Source: Antedon mediterranea
Taxonomy: Eukaryota > Animalia > Echinodermata
Length of the DNA stretch: 64,000 bases
Direction of reading: 5' to 3'
Assembly: GCF_964355755.1 (NCBI RefSeq)
Contig: NC_092671.1
Location: 34,730,304-34,794,303, forward strand
Of this stretch, positions 35,864 to 47,277 are shown one piece after another. The first letter of the stretch is position 1, and every line of letters starts with the position of its first letter. A program made the translations under genes and the position numbers. The notes beneath the pieces are model-generated. The model was not told the DNA's origin. It made no database searches and saw nothing but the letters and a program-made list of their open reading frames with translations.

Positions 35864-37382
35864 CTCTAACCTAAGCATGCACCACCGGTAGGGGGTTTTC
35901 AAGCTATTTGGATATTTATTGTTTGTTTTATGCAATTATTAGCCTGTGGAAATTTGTAATTCAATTTAACAACTTTTTTATTCTTTTCAGAAACCATTGG
36001 CATTGAAAAATCAAGAATAGAATACAGAAAACCGATCTTCCCGATAACTTGATAGTATCATAATTAGCTTTTTGGGATATCCTGGAATCTTTTAGAAATG
36101 TATTTATAAAATGTCAGTAATTAATGTTATCGCTTTGTATGTTTTTTTTATAATGATTAAGATACACACAAATATGCCTACAATTATTGGTTCAATTAGA
36201 CCATTTATTATGAGAAAACATTTTTGTATAGTTTTTTTTACGGAAGGGATTAATTTTATTAAAATTACAAAATAACCTATTCATCAAAGTCTGATTTAAT
36301 TAATCTTCATTTTTCATTTTGTATTTCATATTGTTAATATACTTGCCTGATGTTAATAGGTCGGTTAACAAGCTAAATATGACCCAATTGCTATCTTTCT
36401 ATGCAACAAAACTATATACTGTATAGACCAAGACGTTTTTGTTTTTTTTCGGGTAGGCCTACGAACAACTTTGGTTGTATAGTATTATTAAAAAGATTAA
36501 ACAGTAATGGCAATATTATTGAGTTTGGGTGTTAGATGATGTGCTAATAAGTGTGAAAAAGTAAACTTACAGTCAGGAATCTTCCAATGATCATTAAGCA
36601 GTAATGGTCATTCTAATAATTAAATTACCCACTATATATCACGTTTAATTTAATTGTTTTAAATTGTATAGACGATTTTTGTGCTACGGAAGCCATCTTG
36701 CAGAGATGACAAACAGTCGTGACCAGCCGAGCGTTAAAACCAAAAAATAACATAGCGTTTTCAAGGAATTTCAGGACATCATGTTAATATAATTAAAATT
36801 TGCAAAATTGTGAAAACACCACAGTGTATAAGCATTGGCACACTGCCCACGTCTGCACCACCGTTTTCCGCGGTGCAGTCGCGGTTCCAATGCAACCAAT
36901 GATAAGTTTTTTCGACGGACTTTATTAAATGGTTTCTATTTTCTTTCTCATAACATGATTATACAATTACGACCCTCCATTCAAGAAGTACGATTCTTTA
37001 ATTAACATGGTGTTCACTGAATGAAAACGCTGTTATTTTTGTTTTTTTTACGCTCTACTCATGGTCACGATTGCTGCTTCCGTAGCACAAAAATCGTCTA
37101 TACAATTTTAAAAAAGAAAATCGTCTACCAGTATTCTATTATTTAAGGATAAGTCATAATGGACGGTTTAATTTAATTTAAAACATAGATTGTCGTCTCC
37201 TACTATATTAATGAAAAGTGGAGGCTTATTTTAATATAGGGAAACTCATACTAGAAAGAAAGTGTTTTTTCTTCTTTTTTTTAAACGTTTTCAATTCATT
37301 TTAATTCATATTATAAATGTGTATTGAGTGACGTGTGTGTATGACAATTGTCCCATAAGAAAAATATTAACAACAAAGTATT

Positions 37383-37665
37383 CTGTCGGCAAAATGTCTT
37401 GTCGGTCGATTTCATGTATGTAATATTATGTGACAATAAATTGAATCTTGAATCTTGAAACATTTCTTATACAAACAATAATAATGCGATTTTGTCGGCC
37501 AATTGTTTGTCGGTAAAATGTCCTGTCGGTCGATTGTCTGTCGGCTTGTTTTCTGTCGGCGGTTTTGGCAAAATTTCCTGTCGGCAAAATGTCTTATCGG
37601 CCAAATGTTATGTCGGCGAAATGTCCGGTCGGCGGTCAAAAAGACGGTCGCCGAATAGTCGGCCA
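37383..37665. repeat. Degenerate ~15-bp tgtcggc tandem array (paralogue at ~47925-48145)
   Basis: Recurring tgtcggc / tgtcggt core in both duplication units. Confidence 0.8.
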
Positions 37666-38106
37666 GTCACCTTCATCTTATGAATAAGTATCTTATTATA
37701 ATTTGAGTAAGGGAAAACAGTTATTGTTGTCGTACTCGTTACTCGGTACTCGTTGGACGGATGACGCCCTAAAAACATCACTGTTATACAAGCAGTTCCA
37801 TGTAAAGAAGGAGTTCATGGCCTACACTTATACTGCAACATAACATCATCATTCAACACCAGAAACAAACAATAGTAAAAACAACAGTTTTAGACACTGT
37901 TTTTCCTATATGCTTGTCACCTATATAATGTACATTTTCAAGATAATCATTAAGGTGTTACGTTTTTATATTGTGTTTTAAACTGTATTGTATCTATGTT
38001 TCTAAGCTTAGTAAAACACATTTCATGTATGTAATATTATGCGACAATAAATTGAATCTTGAAACATTTCTTATACAGACAATAATGCGATTTTGTATAA
38101 TTTCAG

Positions 38107-38203
38107 GACTGCAGGCGATGTGCCGAGTGAATGCACGTCGACACCACCACCTATTTGCAATTATGTAATGAAGAACAAAACAGAAGACATTGATAAATGT
38201 TGA
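38107..38203 (+). pseudogene. Orphan duplicate of gene B exon 2 (no exon 1 in this unit); PPIY changed to PPIC
   Basis: Acceptor tttcag and stop codon are retained. Codon TAC is TGC. The duplication breakpoint lies inside the gene B intron. Confidence 0.8.
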
Positions 38204-39794
38204 TACACGATGGACGTAATATGAAAACCTACATATGTTGCTAGAGAAGAGACAAGTTATGTCACTAGGGCCAACATTCAGACTGATGTCTCAGTTATTA
38301 TTGGTGTGTTTAAAAACGGCCCTACATGCATAGAATAAAACAACACGTTTAGTTCATGCGAAGAAAAAGATAAACATTTTTCGAACGAATATGTTTATTT
38401 CAGTAGAACCCCTATAGAGGACACCGTCGGGGCCCAAATTGTGCAAGGGGAGGATGAACCGCAATAATTGATCTGGACGTATTGACAATTTAGCACCAAT
38501 TCGTTTCACCAATGAAAACTGTCAAACCAAAGAGAGTATCATGATGGCCGTAATATTCTTGTTGCTTGTGTTTGCAAACATATATGCTTTATAACTCAAA
38601 AATGTATTGTCGATGGAGAAGTATCCTATATATATTTGAGTTTAGTCGAGTTTGCGAATTTTCTTTTTTCTGTTTTTAAGTTTTTTTACTGTTGACATGG
38701 ATAAAATATTCCGAAATAAAAGAAATTAAATTTATATGATTGGAACATCATACTACACATAATAGTTAATAAGCCTATTTTCCACTAGGTAACTTTGTTA
38801 TACGCATGCGTTTTCTTGTTTCCATCTTCCAAATCCCTCTCTACACATAACAGGCGTATGCTGACGCTTTCGATACGCGAACAATATTCACCGATTTTTA
38901 ATAAATTAACCTGTGCAAATATAGGTCGAAAAAATGTTTTTGTTTTGATCTGCGACACCAGTAATATTCATTTTACAAGTATGTGACGTATGATATGCTC
39001 GGTATCACAGGCGAAGTTTTTTTTTGTTTCTTTCGCCGCTCGAATCTGGGTGGATACGCTTGAGAAGGGTTTTCATGGGCTATTATAGCCCATGAAAACC
39101 CTTCTCAAGCCTGGCTCTTGATTTCATGAAGATGGCCTACCATGCTTAGTACAGTAGAGTTCGTACAGATGCTAAAGCAAATACTTAATAGCATCTACTG
39201 ACCGTAAAAAGAGAATAGATAGGCATATTATCAATATCAATTTAATTTCAATGTTGCTTTTATTTCGGATTCACGTTCATAGTTACAAAAACTGTAGGGG
39301 CCTATTCCTATTTTAATTGTTTCGTCCAGCGCTGATGTTCATTGTAATGGTGGCGGTGTTCATTATGAATAGATCTTCTGATTGGTCAGTAGTTAATTGT
39401 TTCTAATTTACGTTATAAATACACACACTCATGTGCACTTTTATTTAATTTAGTACAATCGTTCCACTCACAACTATAATCTAACATTATAAAAATATTA
39501 TATTACTAAATCCACACATGTTTGCAGTACTGTAATAATATAATTATATCACATCTAAACGACTATGTTCTACAACTCAAACAATCAACCCAGCCTCTTC
39601 TTCATATCTAGTCGACAATTAGGTACAATAGATGCCCCGTCTAAAGTCAAGATATTTTCATTTTAAAACGGCCAGGGTTTGCCTTGACTTACTTTGCCAA
39701 AGACTTTTTAAAATACATAACTCAACTAGGCCTACTTACTATAAGATGAAAAATAAAATATGATCAAGTGCATCTACTCATTTATTTGCCTAAA

Positions 39795-40944
39795 TCAAAT
39801 ATTAATTTGTTGGCTCTCTATCGAAGATATGACGTCATTGTAAGACGGCGGAACTATGCATGTCTTCGTCTTCATTGAGGATTTTTCGATTACATCATCA
39901 TAAGATGGCGGTATATCATTTACGCCTGAGGTAACAGACCTACACTGACGAGAACTGAAAGTTAAAAAAGTTGACATAAATCAACATAGATAAAGGTACA
40001 ATAGTACTGTACTGTAATTAATTCATATTAAACAATTTACTGACGTATGAATATGAACACTCCACTGGAAAATCATTCTCAGAAACACCTATGTTGGAAA
40101 ATCACTGAGACTAGCCATAAAGCCATCATTTGATTACGAATTTCCAACTACAGAACTTAAAGATGTATTGTCCCCAAAAAACTTGAAAAGTAAAATCAGA
40201 CTTTGAATATGCCATTTTGTAGTTTTAACAAAGGTAATCACTTCCGTAGAAAAAAAACTTGACAAAATATTGTTTTCACTTATATGACAAAATAAACGGT
40301 TAAATTAAACCAAAAACCCATTGGCTGGCAGCCAATTTGACTATTTTTGCTTTAAATTACAGTTTTTCTTACTTTTTTTCCCATTCAATTTTTGGTCAAC
40401 GTGAATAACTATTATGTGACATTAAAATGGCATATTGAACAAACAAATTTAAACAAATTATTTTTTCAGGGGACAATACATCTTTAAAAGTGAATACGCA
40501 CCTTTTGAAATTATATTGTTTATGGTAGAAAGACACAAGCCACAAACGTAATCTTTCACTGAACGATAAAGCTTGAGCATTCCTAGGAAGCTGTGCTATG
40601 AAATAGGATCCCTCTGCACCATGAATATAGGGTTTTGCTTCTAAAGGTACAATATGATTTCTTTGGTAGATTCTCAGAGAACCAGTATCTGAAGATATGT
40701 ACTGTCTCTGCTGGGCTCGGTTTTGACGGTAAATAATCAGAACAAACATCACAAAAGTCATGATAAATAACGGACAGACAGCCCAAAAAGAACAAATACC
40801 GATAAGTGAGGGTATGGTAATCGTAATCAAAATGAGGATATAGAAAAAGTAAAGCCAATGAAAGTTCCAAGAGTCAGCTGTGACTACCCGATTGTCTTCT
40901 TTAGCTCCAATTCCAATCGGATTGCACTGGCAATGATGATCCAT
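39795..40944 (-). CDS. TM-PY gene C2, about 200 aa
   Basis: Exons 40944-40502 and 39954-39795, phase 2. The first ATG of C1 is ACA here, so the next ATG is used. YC is YR. Both PPSY motifs are kept. Confidence 0.72.
40161..40483. mobile_element. Kolobok-like MITE in the gene C2 intron (paralogue ~32157-32491)
   Basis: TIR AGATGTATTGTCCC / GGGACAATACATCT with TTAA on both sides. Confidence 0.75.
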
Positions 40945-41221
40945 TCTGGTTAAAATACTAGCATCTGTGACCAAAAGTAACTCAAGCCTCAGTTTTCATG
41001 TTCTGTTTAGTTCTGTATACATGCGACAAACCCAGGATGCTGTCTAAAAAGCTGTTTTAATTGGAATAATACTTCTGACAAAATGACTAATCAATTTCCT
41101 GTACATTATCACTAAGTTCCTAATGGTATACATATCCTGTGTGTATTAAAATGTTTTTTTAAATCCCCTCCCCCCCCCCCACCCACCACTTTTATTAATG
41201 TTCTTTCCACAATGTTCATAT

Positions 41222-42631
41222 TCATATATGGCTCTCTCCTGTGTGTATTCTCAAATGACTTTTTAAATACGCACTTTGTTTAAAATTTTTTCCACAATGT
41301 TCACATTCATATGATGTCTGACACAAATGAATTCTCAGATGTCTTTTAAAATTCCCATAATCGTTAAATTTCTTCCCACAATGTTCACATTCATATGGTG
41401 TCTCTCCTGTGTGTATTCTCAAATGTCTTTTAAAATTCCCATTATGGTTAAATTTCTTTCCACAATGTTCACATTCATATGGTGTCTCTCCTGTGTGTAT
41501 TCTTAAATGTATTTTTAATACTCCACTTTCTTTGAATGTCTTTTCACAATGTTTACATTCATATGGTGCCTCTCCTGTGTGTATTCTCAAATGTTTTTTC
41601 AAATGCCCACCTTGTTTAAATTTCTTCCCACAATGTTCACATTCATAAGGTGTTTCTCCTGTATGTATTCTCAAATGCATTTTGAAATAACTACTTTCTT
41701 TAAATTTCTTTCCACAATGTTCACATTCATATGGTGTTTCTCCTGTGTGTATTCTCAAATGTCTTTTCAATTCCCCACTTTCTTTGAATTTCTTACCACA
41801 ATGTTCACATTCATATGGTCTCTCTCCTGTGTGTACTTTCAAATGTCTTTTCAAATGCCCACTTTGTTTAAATATCCTCTCACAATGTTCACATTCATAA
41901 GGTGTTTCTCCTGTGTGTATTCTCAAATGCGTTTTCAAATTCCCATTTTCTTTAAATTTCTTACCACAATGTTCACATTTATATGGTGTCTCTCCTGTGT
42001 GTATTCTCAAATGACTTTTCAAATGCTCACTTTGTTGAAATTTCTTTCCACAATGTTCACATTCATATGGTGTCTCTCCTGTGTGTATTCTTAAATGCCT
42101 TTTCAATAACTCACTTCGTTGAAATGTCTTCCTACAATGTTCACATTTATATGGTGTCTCTCCTGTGTGTATTCTCAAATGAGTTTTTAAATTCCAACTT
42201 TTTTTAAATGTTTTCCCACAATGTTCACATTCATATGGTGTCTCTCCTGTGTGTATTCTCAAATGAGTTTTTAAATTCCCACTGTATTTGAATGTCTTCC
42301 CGCAATGTTCACATTGATATGACGGAGTCTTTTCTGTGTGTATTCTCAAATGTTTTTTCAAACGAGGATGTTCTTTAAATGTCTTTCCACAATGTTTACA
42401 TTCATATGGTGTCTCTTCTTTGTGTATTATCAAATTCTTCCCACAATGTTCAGTTTCATTTATGTCTTTTTTGCCTACTCTCACTAATTGTGTTTCAAAA
42501 TCGACTTCAGATAATATTGGCTCTTGGTATTCACATTTCAACTCTTCGGTCCATGTATGATGTATTCCTAAATGCACCTTCAAATCACTAAGCTCAAATT
42601 TATCTCCACAATGTTCACATTTATATTTCAT
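41222..42631 (-). CDS. C2H2 zinc-finger array protein, copy 2 (14 intact tandem fingers)
   Basis: 469-aa ORF with TGETPY linkers. An in-frame stop lies just upstream of the ATG and no effector domain is visible. Confidence 0.92.
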   Translation of the reverse strand: MKYKCEHCGDKFELSDLKVHLGIHHTWTEELKCEYQEPILSEVDFETQLVRVGKKDINETEHCGKNLIIHKEETPYECKHCGKTFKEHPRLKKHLRIHTEKTPSYQCEHCGKTFKYSGNLKTHLRIHTGETPYECEHCGKTFKKSWNLKTHLRIHTGETPYKCEHCRKTFQRSELLKRHLRIHTGETPYECEHCGKKFQQSEHLKSHLRIHTGETPYKCEHCGKKFKENGNLKTHLRIHTGETPYECEHCERIFKQSGHLKRHLKVHTGERPYECEHCGKKFKESGELKRHLRIHTGETPYECEHCGKKFKESSYFKMHLRIHTGETPYECEHCGKKFKQGGHLKKHLRIHTGEAPYECKHCEKTFKESGVLKIHLRIHTGETPYECEHCGKKFNHNGNFKRHLRIHTGETPYECEHCGKKFNDYGNFKRHLRIHLCQTSYECEHCGKNFKQSAYLKSHLRIHTGESHI

Positions 42632-42992
42632 GTTGGTTTTCGTTCAACCCTGCAAATACAAATACAATATTTTGAAAATTTAAACTCTGTATTTACCATT
42701 TATTAGGAATGTGTGCGCTGTTGTATTTAGGTGAGGTAAAACTAAGTAGGTCCCTATTTAGTTATTATATTTCATGTGCTCAAAAATAAAAACACTTGGC
42801 TGCCAAATATTAAATAAATGGTGTGTTAGTTATTCGGGATTTTACTACCACTGTACTAACATTTCGGCCGCCAGAATTATCTACCAAGATGGTTTCCTTG
42901 TCCGAAATGAACATGACATATTCTGTTCTTTGTTCCATAACCAGCGGCCGAAATGCACTGTGACCGGTTACCTAGCATAGGCCTAACTAAAA

Positions 42993-45167
42993 CGCCATGG
43001 TTAGGATTCCGGCACCGGAATTCAACTGCCCACCATTAGGGAATCCGACACGCTATTGCGCATGCCCAGAGCGAAATAATTATACCTTGCACTAGTGCCA
43101 CAGACCGCGCACCACACCACACCACGAGAATCGGAGAGTTATAGGGATTTACTGTAGCCTAGTTAGTCGTTGCGCAAGCGTGAGAGTGATGGATGAAACT
43201 TGGCATAGGCCATACATGAATTAATAATTAAAATACGCTACGCCACGCGTTAAAATAATTATTATGATAAATTGATAAGAATCACTATCTATCTAAGAAT
43301 TGTAATGCTGTAATTTTATTAAACAGAGGAAATACAAAGTTCGGAACGGGAGAAAAACACAGGCCTGCCCAGTGTCATAACAGAAATGTACGAAAGTGAG
43401 TAGCGTTGCGACCCCGACTTCCCGAACAGTTTTGTTTTTTCACATCCGCGCGGCAGCTGCCGTCACGTCAACAAATCAACTTGTACATGTTATTACAGTA
43501 TAATGCGTTATATGAAATCTTTTATTTTGTACTTGAAAAATCATAAAACTAGTCATGTAATTATAATTCATAATTACTAGAGGGTGAGCTCGCTTCGCTC
43601 GCTCCCCCTCTAGGAAGTGTAGACGATGGTTCTCGGAATGATAATGTTCTCCTTATACATTTTCTGTCGGTTACCATTATTGAAAATGCTTGACATTCGT
43701 AAAACTGAACTACTTTGTTTCACAGTGTTTTAGATGATTAATAACATTTTAAAGTATAGTTTTTATTGTTTGGTAGGGCCCTTTGGGGAGGCAGAGGTCA
43801 TTTGAGGGAGGTGCTTATTCGAGGGATATATGTTAAATTTTTTAGTTCTAATAATATGGTAACATTTATAATCAAATGAAATCCTCTTATAGATATGAAA
43901 AGTGGTAAAAAAGAATAACAAATGCTTGGTAAATTGCAGATAACAGTGCGGTGAATTCTACTACAAATAGTATAATTGTGTTATTATAAATATGTGGATG
44001 GACGTTTATTAGATAGTTGGGTTGTGGGGGGGGGGGGGGGTTATTATTCAAAGTGATGTTTTATTGGAGAGGCGTTTATACAAATGAATACCATCCTAAT
44101 AATTATTAATACATTATTCAATTTAATCATCTTTTGAAACTAACTGCCGTGACAGAGTGGGCCCAAGAAAGAAGACATTACGGCTTGCAACATGGGCAGA
44201 CATCTCGGTCCTAACGGGACACAGGAAGATAGCCTACAGTTATTCCTGCAAGCTTACTCAATAAAACTCAGCTATCGGGATTTCACTCGAAAAATGTCTT
44301 ATCAAATCTCCCTATGTAATTTTATAATACTATTCCCCACAATATATTCTGATTCTTTATGACGTATATTTAATTTGATCTTTATTAATTTGCAGTATAA
44401 ATAATTCCTATTATTTAACTACTGTACCTTCACACACGTGTGGTATGTTTTAAAATAAAAAAAAAACTGAAATGGCTATGATTAATGGCCAATTTTTTTT
44501 TCGTCTTCCAAAGGGACACTGTATTGATTGATGGAAAGTGCCTGTTTCCAGTCACCTTTAGGGTCAAATCTATTATTTTAACTGCTCCCTTGTGTATAAA
44601 AGAGAGAAAATATTTGAAACTAAGGTGAACTTATCTTAAACCCGGAAATTACTTTGACCGGGAAGAATTTAAATTGAGAGGAAAATCCAATGTTGAAATC
44701 ATAAATGTTGTTAAAAAACTCTTTATAATATCTTCCTAAGATATAAATATGGAACAATAGCGTCGGCGTGCACACTAATGTTATCAAATCTACGTTTCGC
44801 GGTACATCTCGGATAGATAAGGTAGGTATCCAAGGCGGAGATTTGTACCGAAGTTTTTGCATTGTGCTCGCCTATGTCAGAATTAACCATAATTTATATA
44901 TAGATATGAAGTTTATATATGAATGAAACAACCACTTTTTTAATTAGGAAATAAATAGGCCTACTGGTCACATCTAGCTGGTAGGCCTAGTCATCTAGGC
45001 TAGGCCTAGTTTGCCGTGGCGCAGCTATTAAAATGATCCATCGCTGTTTAGTCTGTAGAGTAAAATAGAGTCGCCGATTACCTCACTCTGGGCAACATGC
45101 GCAATAGCGTGTTGGATTCCCTAACGGTGGGCAGTTGAGTTCCGGTGCCGGAATCCTAACCACGGCG
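42993..45167. mobile_element. Non-autonomous MULE-like element, 2175 bp
   Basis: TIRs of ~85 bp (CGCCATGGTTAGGATTCCGGCACCGG...). 9-bp TSD TAACTAAAA at 42984-42992 and 45168-45176. Absent from unit 1. Confidence 0.9.
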
Positions 45168-46778
45168 TAACTAAAACCAGCCTAAGGCTAGACGCTAGGC
45201 CTAGTACGAGGCTAGTATTTTAGTACTAGGGCCTAGTTAGGCCTAACTAAGGCTAAGCCTAGCCTTGTGAACTAGGGCCTACTAGTACTAGCCTACTAGC
45301 TAGGCCTAGGCTAGAGGCCACATGGCGTTGACAACGATAATCAAAGATTCCATACAAATGACGATATTAAACTGGCGGCCGCTTCGACCATACTCCGGCC
45401 TAGGGTAGGCTATAGGGCGCCTAATAATAGTAGGCCTATAGCCTAGATTAGTAGTGGGTGGTGGCGCTAATCGTGGTAGCGTAAGTTAGTAGCCCTACTA
45501 CTAGCTAGGCCTACAGGCTGGCCTACTATACTAGCCTAGGCCTAGTCCTAGCCTACTACTAGAGTAACAAGGCCTAGGCCTAGGCCTAGCTAACTAGGCT
45601 AGCTAGCTAGGCCTAGCCTAGTTCCCGGGGACACCTCTGCATTATATTTTTACTCCAAATTTGTCGTGAATACCACACCTTACAATTAGGCCTAATAAGT
45701 ATCACATAAAAAAAAACAAATAAATCCCTTTAATTATTATGATTTTACAGACGTGTTTTTCGCCCACTGCGAATTTTAGGGCAAAGCTAAGCTGTAACAA
45801 CCATGTTTCCATGCAGTGGGGCGCCCGCGTACGTCGGAATGTATAAAACTTTTTGTAACAGTCACACGTCTAAACCTAAGCCTTCACCACCGGTAGGGGT
45901 TTTTCATACTATTTAGATATTTCATTGTTCGTTATAGCCTGTGGAAATTTGTAATTCAACTTTTTCATTCTTTTCAGAAACCATTGGTATTGAAAAATCA
46001 AGAATGGAATACAGAAAACCGATCTTCTCGATAACTTGATAGTATCATAATTAGCTTTTTGTGATATCCCGGAAAATCTTTTGGAAATGTATTTATTAAT
46101 GTTAGTAATTAATGTTATCCCTTTGTATGATTTTTGTTATATAATGATTAAGATACACAATATACATAGACAATAATAACAATAGGCCTACAATTATTGG
46201 TTGAATTTGACCATTTATTTTGTCATTTTATATAAGAAACAAGACATTATTTTTTAAAATTTTATTTACGGAATGGATTAACTTTATTAAAATTACAAAA
46301 TAATCTATTCAAAGTCTGATTTAATTAATCTCCATTTTTCATGTTTTTTGGGGGACAATATATCTTTAAAATATTTATAATATTGAGCCTACTTGCTTGA
46401 TGTTAATGGGTCGGTACAAGCTAAATATATTATATGACCCTACCTTTCTTTCTATGCAAAAAAACTATATACTGTATAGACCAAGACGTTTTTCCAGGTA
46501 GGCCTACGAACAACTTTGGTTGTATAATATTATTAACAGTAATGGCAATATAATATTTGAGTTTGGGTGTTAGATGATGTCCTAATAAGTGTGATAAAGT
46601 AAACTTGCAGTTAAGAATCTTCCAATGACCATTAAACAGCAATGATCATCCTAATAATTAAACTTACCCACTATAATATCTCGTTTAATTTAATCTTGAA
46701 GCCGTCTTGCTTCAAGAAATTGAAGGCATCTTGCAGAGATGACAAACAGTCGTGACGACGAGCGTTAAACACACAAAT

Positions 46779-47277
46779 TAGGGAGTTTTCGCAACCTTAC
46801 GAATACGAACGAAAACGGATAAGTCACACATTTGTGAAACGTTTGAGCTGATCCCCATTTCATATTCGTAAAGCGTATTTCGTGTTGACGAATATCACCA
46901 GTCATATTCGTGACTACAAAACGAGTATAATTTTTGATCTATTTATTTGCACATTTTGCATTTGAATCAGGAATGATTCATGATTATAATATAATTATAC
47001 TTTTATTGAAAGTAATTTACTAAAGTAATTTACTAAAATGCCAGGTCAATTTTGATAAATAGCAGTTTTTAAAGTCCTCACTCGCTTTGATGTTACGCTA
47101 GGGCCTAGGCAGCCAAGCACCAAGCAACACGTACCTGCGCTTCGCTCAAATTTACCGCAGTCATATTTGGACGGGTCCCTCAATATTTCGTTGCCATGCG
47201 AAACAGATTTTTACTGGCTTACGAAAAACGAATACGTCGTGTGGGTGTGCGTGACGTATCCGTTTTCGTTATTCCTG
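46779..47277. mobile_element. MITE-like insertion specific to duplication unit 2
   Basis: Absent at the paralogous site (~36750). Subterminal inverted repeat acgaaaacggata / tatccgttttcgt. Right end is degraded. Confidence 0.65.
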
